From: Limisphaerales bacterium
GTDB taxonomy: Bacteria; Verrucomicrobiota; Verrucomicrobiia; Limisphaerales; CAIMTB01
Reading direction: 5' to 3'
DNA length: 64,000 nucleotides
Assembly: GCA_050250555.1 (NCBI GenBank)
Contig: JBFWOK010000008.1
Coordinates: forward strand, 4,635 to 68,634
Part shown: positions 26,333 to 36,248 of the stretch, one piece after another
How positions within the stretch are numbered: position 1 is the stretch's first letter
Layout: each line of letters starts with the position of its first letter
The notes under the pieces: generated by a model
Database searches by the model: none
Told to the model about the DNA's origin: nothing
The model's input: only the letters and a program-made list of their open reading frames with translations
Translations under genes and position numbers: made by a program

Positions 26333-27413
26333 GGCCCTTCTGGTTTCCACGGCCCCGGTGTTCGAGGTCGACGGCGAGGTGTCGGGCGACCTCGCGCGCG
26401 ACCTGCTGCGGTTGGAGGTGGAGGAGGCCACGGACGGGCTCAAGACGTTCAGACTTCAGCTCCTGGCGCAGGGGCCGAGGGCTGGGGAGATCAACGAGGG
26501 CCTGCGTTATCTGGACGGGGCGCTGCTGGATTTCGGAAAGCCGATCTCGGTGTCGATCGGACCGGCGGACGCGAGCCGGATCATTTTCGAAGGGCACCTC
26601 AGCGCGCTCGAGGTGATTCACCGGGAGGCGAAGCCGCCGGAAGTCGCGGTCTTCGCGGAGGACAAGCTGATGACGCTGCGCATGACGCGGCGATCCAAGA
26701 CCTACGAAGAGATGTCGGACGCGGATATCGCGGAGGCCATCGCCTCGGAACACGGTTTGGCGGCGGCCGTCGACGCGGAGGGTCCGACCTACGACCGGGT
26801 GCAGCAGTGGAACATGAGCGACTTGGCTTTCCTGAGACAACGCGCCCGGCTCGTCCAGGCGGAGATCTGGGTTTTGGACGACACCCTTCACTTCCAGCAA
26901 CGGGATCGTCGAACGGCCACGCGGGTGACGCTGGTTCAGGGCAATCACCTGATCGAACTCCGGGCGCGGGCCGATCTGGCGCACCAGCGGACGCTCGTGA
27001 AGGTGAGCGGCTACGATGCGGCCACGCGGGAAGCCATCGAAGAGGAAGCCGACGACTCCGTGATCTCGGGCGACGAATCGACCGGAGGCGTCACGGGACC
27101 GGCGGTGCTGGCGCGCGCGTTTGGCGAACGGGTCTCGTACCGGGTTCGAGAGGCTCCGTTGAACGGAGAAGAAGCAGTGGCGTGGGCGGGCGCCGAGATG
27201 CGGCGCAGGGCTCGGGGCTTCGTGACGGTGACCGGAATCACGCGGGGTTCGTCCGACCTGGTCGTGGGAAGCCGGGTGATCCTCGAAAACGTGGGGAAGC
27301 CCTTCGAAGGACCGCCCTACTCGGTCACGCGCGTGGTCCACACCTACGACACGGCCGAGGGGTTCCGAACCCTGTTCCAAGCCGAACGGGCCATCCTTCA
27401 GGAGGGCGCATGA
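26325..27413 (+). CDS. Phage late control gene D (gpD)/VgrG-N-like baseplate hub protein
   Basis: 'FEVDGE...DLLRLEVEE', 'SDADIAEAIASEHGL', 'YDRVQQWNMSDLAFLRQRA' and 'VTVTGITRGSSDLVVGSRV' are typical gpD blocks. Confidence 0.8.
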   Translation: MTEALLVSTAPVFEVDGEVSGDLARDLLRLEVEEATDGLKTFRLQLLAQGPRAGEINEGLRYLDGALLDFGKPISVSIGPADASRIIFEGHLSALEVIHREAKPPEVAVFAEDKLMTLRMTRRSKTYEEMSDADIAEAIASEHGLAAAVDAEGPTYDRVQQWNMSDLAFLRQRARLVQAEIWVLDDTLHFQQRDRRTATRVTLVQGNHLIELRARADLAHQRTLVKVSGYDAATREAIEEEADDSVISGDESTGGVTGPAVLARAFGERVSYRVREAPLNGEEAVAWAGAEMRRRARGFVTVTGITRGSSDLVVGSRVILENVGKPFEGPPYSVTRVVHTYDTAEGFRTLFQAERAILQEGA

Positions 27414-28075
27414 TCGGTTCCTTCGTTCCCGACGGTCAGGCGCCGAGGTACTTCGGAGTCTACCCCGCGCTGGTCACCGACATCGTCGATCCCGATCAGC
27501 TCGGGCGAATCGAAGTGAAACTTCCGTGGCTCGGCGCCGACGGCGACGCGGTTCGCGCATGGGCGACGCTTCTGTCGCCGTACGCGGACGACGACCAGGG
27601 ATTCGAGGTGCTGCCGGCGGTGGGCACGCAGGTGGTGATCGCGTTCGAGGCGGGCGACCTGCGACGTCCCTACATCCTTGGATCCGCGTGGAACGGGCGC
27701 GAAGCCCTGCCCGAAGCGCCGGAGGCCGCCAACAACAAGCGCCTGATCAAGACGCGATCCGGCAGCCTGCTGGAATTCGACGACACGGAGGGCGCCGCGA
27801 AGGTCACGCTGTCGATGCGAAGCGGGCACAAGCTGGTCCTCGATGATTCGGGCAGCGAGGTCGTGCTGACCCATTCGAACGGGTCGGTACTTCGGTTCAC
27901 CGCCGGCGGCCAGATCGAACTCCAGGCCAATGCAACCGTCGAAGTCACGGCTTCGGCGGTGAACGTCCACGCGGCGACGGCGACCTTCGACGGCATCGTC
28001 AATTGCACGACGTTGATCGCCAGCTCCGGCGTGGTCTCACCCTCCTACACCCCGGGTGCGGGGAACATCTGGTGA
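27410..28075 (+). CDS. Baseplate spike protein (gpV/gp5 OB-fold plus beta-helix tip)
   Basis: 'YFGVYPALVTDIVDPDQLGRIEVKLPW...WATLLSPYA...GFEVLPAVGTQVVIAFEAGDLRRPYILGSAWN', then beta-helical repeats and the tip 'CTTLIASSGVVSPSYTPGAGNIW'. ATGA overlap upstream. Confidence 0.8.
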   Translation: MIGSFVPDGQAPRYFGVYPALVTDIVDPDQLGRIEVKLPWLGADGDAVRAWATLLSPYADDDQGFEVLPAVGTQVVIAFEAGDLRRPYILGSAWNGREALPEAPEAANNKRLIKTRSGSLLEFDDTEGAAKVTLSMRSGHKLVLDDSGSEVVLTHSNGSVLRFTAGGQIELQANATVEVTASAVNVHAATATFDGIVNCTTLIASSGVVSPSYTPGAGNIW

Positions 28076-29697
28076 ACACCTTCGTCCATCCCTGGTTGCT
28101 GACCGGACCCTGGTACCGCTGGGGCGACTACGAGAATCCCGGTTCGGGTGATCCGTACAACGGCCTGATCGGACGCCTCGCGCCGCCGGTGTTCCAGAAG
28201 TACGACACCTCGGACCTCGTCAACGCCTTCCTCAAGGATCCGCAGCGGTCCCTCAAATTCATCGAACCCGATGATCGCGTCCGGCGGATCACGACGGGCA
28301 CGGGTGGCCACCGGTACGGGCTCACCACAACGGGGGTTCGGAAGCTCTACCTCGACACGCACAAGAGGTTCTATCTCGTCGTCTGCGAGCTGCATTGCGA
28401 TCTGCCCGGGCTGCCGAACGCGTCGCGCGAGGACGTCTGCGAAGCGGGGTTTGTCGTGCGCCGGCGCGTGGCGCGGATTCCCGAAGGGGGCGCGGCGATC
28501 ACGCGGAAGCAGTTGGGCGCGGTCACCCGGCTTCGCGCCCAGCTGGCTGAGTTCGAGGAACTCCCGGTGGGGATGAAGGCGGACGCGACGCTCGGATTGA
28601 GGGCGCGGGTCGTGGCGGAGTACCGGGAGGCCCAGAGCCGCCTGAAGGCGACCGCCCAGGAGTTCGGGATCCGGTTCGCGCTGGAAGGCTGGGTCCCCGA
28701 CGCTTTCGAGGGCATGGGCTCGTGGGAGGAGGTCGAAACCCATCCCCAGACGGTTTGCGAGCACGTTTACCCGCTCTATCCGCTCATCGCGGATCCCACG
28801 AAGCCGGATCATTCGGGAGGCGGGCGCACGCTGTACTTCGGGTTGATGCCGACGGGGAGCGCCGACGTCGATGCCGAGGGGGATCCCCGTTACGACGATC
28901 GCAGCCTGTACCACGTCCGGTGCTTCGTTCGGCGGCACAATCCGAAATGTCCGAAGCGGCGGGAGCGGCCCGATTGCCATGGCGAGATCGTTTGGAGCCT
29001 GCCGACCGAGCACTACCAGCTCGCGAACCCGTTCGATCTCTCGGGGACGAGCAACCGGCCGATCAACATTCTCCTTCCGGACCTGCCCGCGCTCGAAGCG
29101 CAGGTCGCCACCCTTCAGCCGGGGCAGGGCGCCCCGGTTCGAATGATCGCCCCCGAAGGTTCCAACCTGGAGGTCAACGTCCCGGACGGCGACCTCGGCG
29201 CGATCTCCAAGGGCGGCCCGCCGGGGGCCGCGATCTGCAGTTTCTCGATACCCCTCATCACGATCGTGGCGTCGTTCGTGTTCCGGCTCTTCCTGCCCAT
29301 CGTGATGCTCCTCTTCGGGCTGTGGTTCATGCTGAAGATCAAGTTCTGCATCCTGCCCAGCATTGATCTCAGCGCCGACGCCGGGCTCGCGCTGGAACTG
29401 GAGGGCGCTCTCGGACTCGACGTCGACGTGTCCCTCGACGTCGCGCTCGTCGGGCGCCTGGGCGCCGTGGTCGAACCCACAAGCGGCCTGACCTTCGGCG
29501 AACTCCGGGACCAGAACGGGGCCGCGTATGAAGGAAGACCGCTCGCGGAAATGATCGCCGCGCAGGCGACCGATTTCTCGGAAAGCCTTCCGCCCGACCT
29601 CGACGTCGGCACACCACCCGCCGAGGGGATCCGCCGTCAATTGCCGTCCGCCACCACCGGCCTCGAATACGAGGCGAGAATCGAGGTGAAATCGTGA
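28072..29697 (+). CDS. Hypothetical 541-aa protein with two C-proximal transmembrane helices, embedded in the baseplate operon
   Basis: GTG start overlaps the spike stop (GTGA), and its stop overlaps the gp25 start (GTGA). The hydrophobic hairpin 'ICSFSIPLITIVASFVFRLFLPIVMLLFGLWFMLKIKFCILP' is encoded at about 29230-29360. No family recognised. Confidence 0.6.
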   Translation: MNTFVHPWLLTGPWYRWGDYENPGSGDPYNGLIGRLAPPVFQKYDTSDLVNAFLKDPQRSLKFIEPDDRVRRITTGTGGHRYGLTTTGVRKLYLDTHKRFYLVVCELHCDLPGLPNASREDVCEAGFVVRRRVARIPEGGAAITRKQLGAVTRLRAQLAEFEELPVGMKADATLGLRARVVAEYREAQSRLKATAQEFGIRFALEGWVPDAFEGMGSWEEVETHPQTVCEHVYPLYPLIADPTKPDHSGGGRTLYFGLMPTGSADVDAEGDPRYDDRSLYHVRCFVRRHNPKCPKRRERPDCHGEIVWSLPTEHYQLANPFDLSGTSNRPINILLPDLPALEAQVATLQPGQGAPVRMIAPEGSNLEVNVPDGDLGAISKGGPPGAAICSFSIPLITIVASFVFRLFLPIVMLLFGLWFMLKIKFCILPSIDLSADAGLALELEGALGLDVDVSLDVALVGRLGAVVEPTSGLTFGELRDQNGAAYEGRPLAEMIAAQATDFSESLPPDLDVGTPPAEGIRRQLPSATTGLEYEARIEVKS

Positions 29698-30086
29698 GAA
29701 CTTCGTTCGCCCGCCTCGGACGAGGCTGGGGTTTCCCGGTCGTTCCCGACCCGGAGACCCGCGGGCTGCCCTGGGTGGACGGTCCCGAGGGCGTGCGTCA
29801 ATCGATCCTGATCCTGCTCGAGACCGAGCCCGGAGAACGGGTCATGCGGCCCACGTTCGGCTGCGGACTTCGCCGGCACCTGATGAAACCCAACAACGCG
29901 ACCACGCGCGCCCTCATCCAGCGCGAAGTGGAACGCACCCTGGCCGAGTTCGAACCGCGCATCGCGCTCCAGGGAGTCCGCGTCGATCCCGGCGAGGATC
30001 CGGCGCTCGTCCTCATCGAGATCGCCTACATCCACCGACGCGACGGCCGGAAGGACAACCTCGTCTATCCTTTCTACCTCGAGTAA
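29694..30086 (+). CDS. GPW/gp25-family baseplate wedge protein
   Basis: 'GRGWGFPV...GVRQSILILLETEPGERVMRPTFGCGLRRHLMKPNN' is the gp25 signature. Confidence 0.85.
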   Translation: MRTSFARLGRGWGFPVVPDPETRGLPWVDGPEGVRQSILILLETEPGERVMRPTFGCGLRRHLMKPNNATTRALIQREVERTLAEFEPRIALQGVRVDPGEDPALVLIEIAYIHRRDGRKDNLVYPFYLE

Positions 30087-30090
30087 CGCC

Positions 30091-32250
30091 ATGCCCATCA
30101 CCGCCCCCATCCTCGACGACCGCTCCTACCAACAGCTCCGGGACGAGCTGGTCCGGCGCATCGCCGTCTACACGCCCGAGTGGACGAACCACAACCCGAG
30201 CGATCCCGGCATCACGCTCATCGAGCTCTTCGCCTTCCTCGGCGAGAATCTGCTGTATCGCTTCAACCAGATCCCCGAGGCCACCCGGATCGAGTTCCTT
30301 CGGCTTCTTCAGATTCCACTGCGCGCCGCCCAGCCGGCCAGGGCCCTGGTCGCCATGACCACCGATTCCGCCACCGGAACGCTGGTTCCCCAGCTCACCG
30401 AAGCGCGCGCCGGCGCCCTGGCTTTCGAAACCCGCACCGAGGTCCACGCCTGGCCGGTGTCCGTCGTCGCCGTCGCCCGCGTCCGGGCGGCCGCTCCCGA
30501 TCCCGACGCGGAACCCGAAAGCCATGAATACGTCCTGCGCACCCTCGACGCCCTCGGAGGACTCGAAACCGGGGAATCCGCGGACTACTACCAGAACCAG
30601 TTGGTCTCGAAGGACGACTCCGAGCCGCCGGTCGATTTCGGCGCCACGGTCGATGGCATGCTCTGGGTGGCGGTTCTCGCGGAGAAGAACGCCGACAAAT
30701 CGGAACTCGCCGACGGGCTGCTGAATCTTGGCTTCGTTCCCGACGCCGAGGTTCCGTCCATGGCCGATGTCGATCCATGCCCCGGCGACGGTCTGCGGAC
30801 GACCGGTCCGGCGGTGGAGTGGCAGATCACGTCGGCGACGCCCGCCGCCGATGGCCAGCCCAGGTACATCACCGTCAAAGTCGAAGGCGATTCGACGCGT
30901 GGTCTCAGCCAGGAAGGCGTTGTCCGGATCCGCCTGCCCAGGAAGGCGTCGGAGTTCGGCGTTGTGCCGGCGTCGGATCCGGACCTGCTGGGAGCGGGGG
31001 ATCGTCCTCCGGCGCTGGATGACGAGACCGAGGCGAAGGTCCTGTTCTGGCTGCGGGCGTTCCGACACGATGGCAGCCGGTTCGGCAAGGTCCGCCACGT
31101 CGCCGTCAACGCGACCGAGGTCTTTCAGAGGCGCCTGGCCACTCCGCAGGTTCTCGGCACGGGAAACGCCCAGCCCGGACAGGAGTTCGCCCTGAACCAC
31201 GCGCCCATCCTCGCCGGAAGCCTTCGCCTCGAAGTCGAGGAATCCGGCGTGTGGTCGACGTGGACCGAGGTCGATGGCTTTCACGCCAGCGGGCCCGAGG
31301 ACCGCCATTTCGTGGTGGATCTCGAAGCGGCCCGGGTGCGCTTTGGAAACGGACTGCGCGGCAGCGTGCCCCAGATCGGGCAGCGGGTCCGGGCGCTGGA
31401 ATACCGGTACGGCGGCGGATCCGCCGGCAACGTGGCTTCCGGGGCCATCACCAAACTCCCCGGCCATCCCTCGGTCAAAGTTTCAAACCCGATCGCCGCG
31501 TATGGCGGCGCCGACACCGAGACGCTGGAGAGCGCCCTGGACAGAATCCCCGGCGAACTGCGAAGGCGCGACCGGGCCGTGACCGCGGATGATTTCAGGG
31601 AACTGGCGCTGGCCACGCCCGGCGCGAACGTGGGTCGCGCCGAATGCCTGCCCAGGTTCCACCCGCCCACGCGGACCGGCGAACGCGCCGGCATCGTGAG
31701 CGTCGTGATCTGGCCCACCGAGGACAAGATCAACCCCGGGGCGCCGCGCCCGGAACGCAACCTCCTCCGGTCGGTCTGTGAATGGCTCGACCAACGGCGA
31801 CTCGTGACGACCGAGCTGTACGTGATTCCGCCGACCTACCGGAAGGTCGCCGTCGCGGTGGGATTGCAGGTCAAGGACGGTTACGGAATCGAGGCCGTTC
31901 GGAATTGGGTTGAGCTGGTCATCCGCCAGTACCTGGCTCCGTTGCCGCCCTATGGACCCGAGGGGCAGGGGTGGCCGCTCGGCCGGAGGGTTCACGGACC
32001 CGAACTCGAAGCCGCCGCGCTCCAGGTGGAAGGGGTCGAATTCCTCGAGGAACTCACGGTGGCCGGCTGGGACGAGACCCAGGCCGCCTGGATCCCGGGC
32101 ACGGTTGAACTCGAGGACTACGAAGTGCCCGAACTGACCGAGATCGCCGTCGTTGAAGGGCCCCTGACCTTCGCGCCGGGTGACGCGATCAGTCCGCCTC
32201 CGGCGCCCACCGTTCCCGTTCCCATTCCCGTCTTGCGGGAGGAGTGCTGA
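30091..32250 (+). CDS. Baseplate J-like (Afp11/gp6-like) baseplate assembly protein
   Basis: 'LDDRSYQQLRDELVRRIAVYTPEWTNHNPSDPGITLIELFAFLGENLLYRFNQIP' and C-terminal 'YRYGGGSAGNV', 'GGADTETLESALDRIPGELRRRDRAVTADDFRELA'. Confidence 0.8.
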   Translation: MPITAPILDDRSYQQLRDELVRRIAVYTPEWTNHNPSDPGITLIELFAFLGENLLYRFNQIPEATRIEFLRLLQIPLRAAQPARALVAMTTDSATGTLVPQLTEARAGALAFETRTEVHAWPVSVVAVARVRAAAPDPDAEPESHEYVLRTLDALGGLETGESADYYQNQLVSKDDSEPPVDFGATVDGMLWVAVLAEKNADKSELADGLLNLGFVPDAEVPSMADVDPCPGDGLRTTGPAVEWQITSATPAADGQPRYITVKVEGDSTRGLSQEGVVRIRLPRKASEFGVVPASDPDLLGAGDRPPALDDETEAKVLFWLRAFRHDGSRFGKVRHVAVNATEVFQRRLATPQVLGTGNAQPGQEFALNHAPILAGSLRLEVEESGVWSTWTEVDGFHASGPEDRHFVVDLEAARVRFGNGLRGSVPQIGQRVRALEYRYGGGSAGNVASGAITKLPGHPSVKVSNPIAAYGGADTETLESALDRIPGELRRRDRAVTADDFRELALATPGANVGRAECLPRFHPPTRTGERAGIVSVVIWPTEDKINPGAPRPERNLLRSVCEWLDQRRLVTTELYVIPPTYRKVAVAVGLQVKDGYGIEAVRNWVELVIRQYLAPLPPYGPEGQGWPLGRRVHGPELEAAALQVEGVEFLEELTVAGWDETQAAWIPGTVELEDYEVPELTEIAVVEGPLTFAPGDAISPPPAPTVPVPIPVLREEC

Positions 32251-34409
32251 TGCCGTTGCCCCGACCATTCGCGTTGGTGCGGACCGAAGACCAGTGGCGC
32301 CGCGCGGCCCACCTGGGAACGGCCCTGGTCGGGGATGTGGTGCAGTTGTCGTGGACGAACGAGCCGCGCCAGGACCTGCCACCGGGTGCGCCATTGCCGG
32401 GCGCCGGACTGGCTTTCGACGAGCATTGCCGCCTGTTTCATAGTGTTCCCGAGGAGGGTCGCGTCGAACGGCTGCTGTGGGCCGCCGCGGGAAAATCCGC
32501 GCCGCTCGAACTCTTCGCTCAACCCGAATCGGAGGTTCTTGGCGATTTCGAGGCGTCTCATCCTGCGGAACCAATCCTCGATTCCCCCCGCGGCCTCGCG
32601 GTGGATCCGCACGAACGCCTGTTCATCGCGGAAGCCGGTCGGCGCCGGATCCTGGTCTTCGATCTCTGGACCCGGCGGCTGCTCCGTGTGGTTCCGATGC
32701 CCGGGCGCCCCGTGGACCTGGCCTCCCACGGCCCGGTGATCCATGCCGTCCTCGAATCCCCGGACCGCATCGTGACCCTGAATGCGGTGTCGCATCTTCG
32801 GATCGAAACGCCGTCCGGAGGGTTCGACGGTCCCGCTCGCGTCGCGGTGTCGCCCGCGGGAGAACGTCTGCTGCTCGAGCGCGCCGGCACGGCGCAGGCC
32901 CGGATCCTCAGTCCCGGGCGGCCTCCGATCGAAGTGCCTCGCGCCACCGATCTGGAGTTCCTGTCGTCGGAGGAACTCGTGGTCGCGCGGCATCCCGGGG
33001 AGGACTTCCTCCGGTTCCGGGTTTCACCCGGCGCCTTGGAGGAAGTGCTTCCGCTCAAGGCCGCGCGCTATGACGGGCGCGGGATCGTTCGGACGCCGGA
33101 CGGTCGGATCGCGTTCTGGACCGACCTCGGCGTGCGTCACGCGGTGGCCGCGCGCGTGCGTTACGGGACCCGGGGCAGGGTCACCACGTTCCGCCTCGAC
33201 AGCGGGAACTTCCGCACGGTGTGGGGCCGTCTGTTTCTCGACGCCTGCGTCCCGAGGGAAACCAGGATTCTCGTCCACACGGTCTCCACCGATGAGACCT
33301 CGGCCGAACCGACGCTTCCGCGGACCGGACCGGAGAACGCGGTCACCCTGGAGATCCGACGACCCGACCTGTCCCCGGCCATGCCGCCGCTTTCCCTCGT
33401 GCCCGGCGACGATGAAGTCGTCCAGACGCTTCACCGCCGCGAGCGGGGGCGCGAACTGCCTTGGACGCCGTTCGCTCCGGATGATCCGATGGCAACCTAC
33501 GAGGCACCGATTCGCGCCGCGCCGGGGCGGTATCTCTGGGTCACCGTTCAACTGGAGGGCAACACCCGGTTCACCCCGCGATTCCGGTGCCTTCGAGCCG
33601 AATACCCGACTCACGATCTCCTCCGACGCATTCCGAAGGTCTACTCGCGACAGGCGGACCAGGCCGATTTCCTGCGGCGCGCGCTGGCGTCCTTCGAGGG
33701 CGTCCTTTCGCAACTGGACGCGGAAGCGGTCGCCCGGCACGCGTGGATCGATCCGCGCGGGGTGCCGGAGGAGGCGTTGCCCTGGTTGGCGGGGTTTCTC
33801 GGGCTCGCGCTCGATCCGCGCTGGCCGGTCTCCGTCCGGCGCCAACTCATCGAGGAATGCACCTGGTTGTTCCGGTTCCGGGGGACCGTGCCCGGGTTGC
33901 TGCGGTTCCTCCGAATCTGCCTCCAAAGCGAGGTCATCCTGATCGAGAAGTTTCGCGTCCGGGGACTCGGCGGCGCCCTCGTCGGGGAGTCGTCATCGCT
34001 GGAAGCGAACTCGGTGCTAGGAGCGGGTTTTCGCATTGGCGGCGCTATCGGCACTTCGGAGTCGGTCGAAGTCCGGGCCGGCACGGACGACGCCTTCGAG
34101 ACGCACGCCCACCGGTTCAGCGTCATCATTCCGCGGGCGCTCGACGAGGATCAGCTCGCGGCCGTGGCGCATCTCCTCGAGGTCCATCGTCCCGCCCACA
34201 CGCTGGTCGAGGTCTGCACAGTCGGCGCCGGAATGAGGGTGGGCCGGGGTCTGCACGTCGGATTGACCTCCCTGATCGGCAGGACGAGCGGGTTCCAGTC
34301 CCTCCAGCTCGACAACGCCGTGCTGGGCCGCGGAGCCATCGTGGGACGACCGGGACCCGGGATTTCCCCCGGCGCGAGCCGGACCGGATACGACACGCGG
34401 ATCGGATAG
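32250..34409 (+). CDS. Baseplate wedge protein with a P2 gpI-like phage tail domain (Afp12-like)
   Basis: 'ADFLRRALASFEGVLSQLD', 'LPWLAGFLGLALDPRWPVSVRRQLIEECTWLFRFRGTVPGLLRFL' and 'AHRFSVIIP' resemble the phage-tail-protein-I family. The start overlaps the upstream stop. Confidence 0.65.
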   Translation: MPLPRPFALVRTEDQWRRAAHLGTALVGDVVQLSWTNEPRQDLPPGAPLPGAGLAFDEHCRLFHSVPEEGRVERLLWAAAGKSAPLELFAQPESEVLGDFEASHPAEPILDSPRGLAVDPHERLFIAEAGRRRILVFDLWTRRLLRVVPMPGRPVDLASHGPVIHAVLESPDRIVTLNAVSHLRIETPSGGFDGPARVAVSPAGERLLLERAGTAQARILSPGRPPIEVPRATDLEFLSSEELVVARHPGEDFLRFRVSPGALEEVLPLKAARYDGRGIVRTPDGRIAFWTDLGVRHAVAARVRYGTRGRVTTFRLDSGNFRTVWGRLFLDACVPRETRILVHTVSTDETSAEPTLPRTGPENAVTLEIRRPDLSPAMPPLSLVPGDDEVVQTLHRRERGRELPWTPFAPDDPMATYEAPIRAAPGRYLWVTVQLEGNTRFTPRFRCLRAEYPTHDLLRRIPKVYSRQADQADFLRRALASFEGVLSQLDAEAVARHAWIDPRGVPEEALPWLAGFLGLALDPRWPVSVRRQLIEECTWLFRFRGTVPGLLRFLRICLQSEVILIEKFRVRGLGGALVGESSSLEANSVLGAGFRIGGAIGTSESVEVRAGTDDAFETHAHRFSVIIPRALDEDQLAAVAHLLEVHRPAHTLVEVCTVGAGMRVGRGLHVGLTSLIGRTSGFQSLQLDNAVLGRGAIVGRPGPGISPGASRTGYDTRIG

Positions 34410-34424
34410 CCAGCCAAACCAACG

Positions 34425-34566
34425 ATTCATGAACCGAGATTCTCTCACGGAGGCACGGAGGCACGGAGGTCCGAGAATGGATTCCTTGTCCCTTCGTGCC
34501 TCCGAGACTTGGTGGGATGCCCCTCGGGTTCATGGATCCCACGCGCGAGTCACAACCCATTGACGC
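34425..34566. repeat. Type-A REP-like hairpin element, inverted orientation
   Basis: 'ttcatgaaccgagattctctcacggaggcacggaggcacggagg...cttcgtgcctccgag...cctcgggttcatggatcccacgcgcgagtcacaacccattga' is the reverse complement of the 17315 type. Confidence 0.85.
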
Positions 34567-34571
34567 TCTCC

Positions 34572-36248
34572 GTGCACGCCATCCGCATCAAGAAACTGAG
34601 CGCCCGCTACCACCTGCCACCGTCGGCGGGCGGGCAGAAGCGACGCCTCGATGGATTGCTGGCGTCCGCGCTGCTGGAAGCTCTCGAACCCGCCCTTGAC
34701 CGTGTTGGTTTGGGATCCGACGAACATCTCTGCATCCGGCATCTGACGGTTCCGGTCCGGTTGCGTCTGTCGGCCCCGGATCCAAGGCTGGTCGACACTT
34801 GGGGCGATGCCTTGGGGCGGGCGATGACCCGGGCGGCGGAGCTGGGGCTTCGCGGCCGGGATGCGAATCCGTCCACCGAGATGGTCTGGTTCGCTTCGAC
34901 CGCCCACGCGTTCGTCGATCTGGGTCGGCGGGTTGCCCGTCACGATCTGCGCCACGCGTGGGCCTGGCGGCAACTGGATCTCTGGCGCGCGGAGGAAGGG
35001 GTCTCGGCGTCAGGAGCGATCCGGGAGTTCCTGAGGGCGCTCCTCCGAAATCCCGAACGGATCGTGTCCACGTTCCGTGCCCTGGCCGGGACTTCCGCGC
35101 TCGGCGAGCTGGCATCCCGGCTGGATGCGGATCATTGGATCGCTTTGGTCGCCGCCGCGCTGGAGAGCGCCGGCGTTGACCTCCGTGTGGCGGATCTCCG
35201 GAACGACCCACGGTCAAGAACCGGTGACCGGGACGGGGCTCGCGAGGATCCAAACGAGGGGCTGCTCGATGAAGGCGGTCGGGGCGCGCGTTCGGCCGGG
35301 GGAGCCGTTCGAAGAGGGCGGTCCTTTGTATCGTCGCTTCAGGTTCGATCGGGAATTGGACGCGTCGTTCCGTTGGCTTCCGTTCCTGCTTCCGCCCGTC
35401 GTGCCCTGGCCTGCCTGATCCTGCTCGACGCCGACCCTGGATGGACCCTTCGCCCGAGGCGCGCGTGGTTGAACTGGCTGGACGAAATGGGACGGGCGCG
35501 ATCGGGAGGCGAGGACCCGGTTGGACCGGAACCGCGGACCCGTCGGCCCGGTGACCTGACCGAGGGAATGGGGGACGAAGGTTCGACGACCCGCGGTGCA
35601 GGCGCTGGCGACCTCGTGGACGAGGAGCGGGAACGCGAATCCGATGAGCCGACGCCGGGATCGGGGCCCGCGGACGCCGCCGACGGGATGGAAGAGGCGG
35701 ATCCGGGTGGTGAGTTCGACGACGCGAAGGACGACCCGTCGCCCGATCCGCGGCGAAGGGGGCGAACGAGGCATGGCGGTTTGTTGTTTGTTCTCAACCT
35801 TCTCAACACCACCGATTGGCTCGGGCGATTGGCATCGGCGCTTCCGGGTCGCGGGCTTCGCTGGGTATTGAACCAATTGGCCATGGCTTTGGTCCCGGTG
35901 GAGTCGTCGGATCCGGCGGCCTTGGCGTTCGCGGGTCTCGCTCCGGGCTCCGCCGAGTTGTTGGAGGACGAACCTCCCGCGGAGCCGGAGGAACGCGAAA
36001 GCGTGGCGGTTCTCGCGGACCGCATCCGGGGCGAATTGGCGGGCGTGCTGGAGCGGCTCGAACTGAGGCCGGAAGCCGCGGCGGAATTCGTGTGCGCGCG
36101 ACCGGCGGAGATTGTGGCGGACCCGGGATGGATCGAGGCCCGGTTCGCGTTGAAAGACGTGTCGACCGACCTGCGGCGCGCGGGTCTGGACAAGGACCCC
36201 GGGTACCTGCGGTGGCTAGGGTGCGTAGTGAGGTTCGCCTATGAGTGA
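34572..36248 (+). CDS. Putative tape-measure/tail-length protein (Afp14 analogue); hypothetical
   Basis: It lies directly upstream of, and overlaps by 8 nt, the AAA+ ATPase. The start 'VHAIRIKKLSARYHLPP' (GTG 34572) is chosen because the ATG at 34509 lies inside the repeat. Central acidic/low-complexity region. The assignment rests mainly on position, and the start is uncertain. Confidence 0.4.
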   Translation: MHAIRIKKLSARYHLPPSAGGQKRRLDGLLASALLEALEPALDRVGLGSDEHLCIRHLTVPVRLRLSAPDPRLVDTWGDALGRAMTRAAELGLRGRDANPSTEMVWFASTAHAFVDLGRRVARHDLRHAWAWRQLDLWRAEEGVSASGAIREFLRALLRNPERIVSTFRALAGTSALGELASRLDADHWIALVAAALESAGVDLRVADLRNDPRSRTGDRDGAREDPNEGLLDEGGRGARSAGGAVRRGRSFVSSLQVRSGIGRVVPLASVPASARRALACLILLDADPGWTLRPRRAWLNWLDEMGRARSGGEDPVGPEPRTRRPGDLTEGMGDEGSTTRGAGAGDLVDEERERESDEPTPGSGPADAADGMEEADPGGEFDDAKDDPSPDPRRRGRTRHGGLLFVLNLLNTTDWLGRLASALPGRGLRWVLNQLAMALVPVESSDPAALAFAGLAPGSAELLEDEPPAEPEERESVAVLADRIRGELAGVLERLELRPEAAAEFVCARPAEIVADPGWIEARFALKDVSTDLRRAGLDKDPGYLRWLGCVVRFAYE

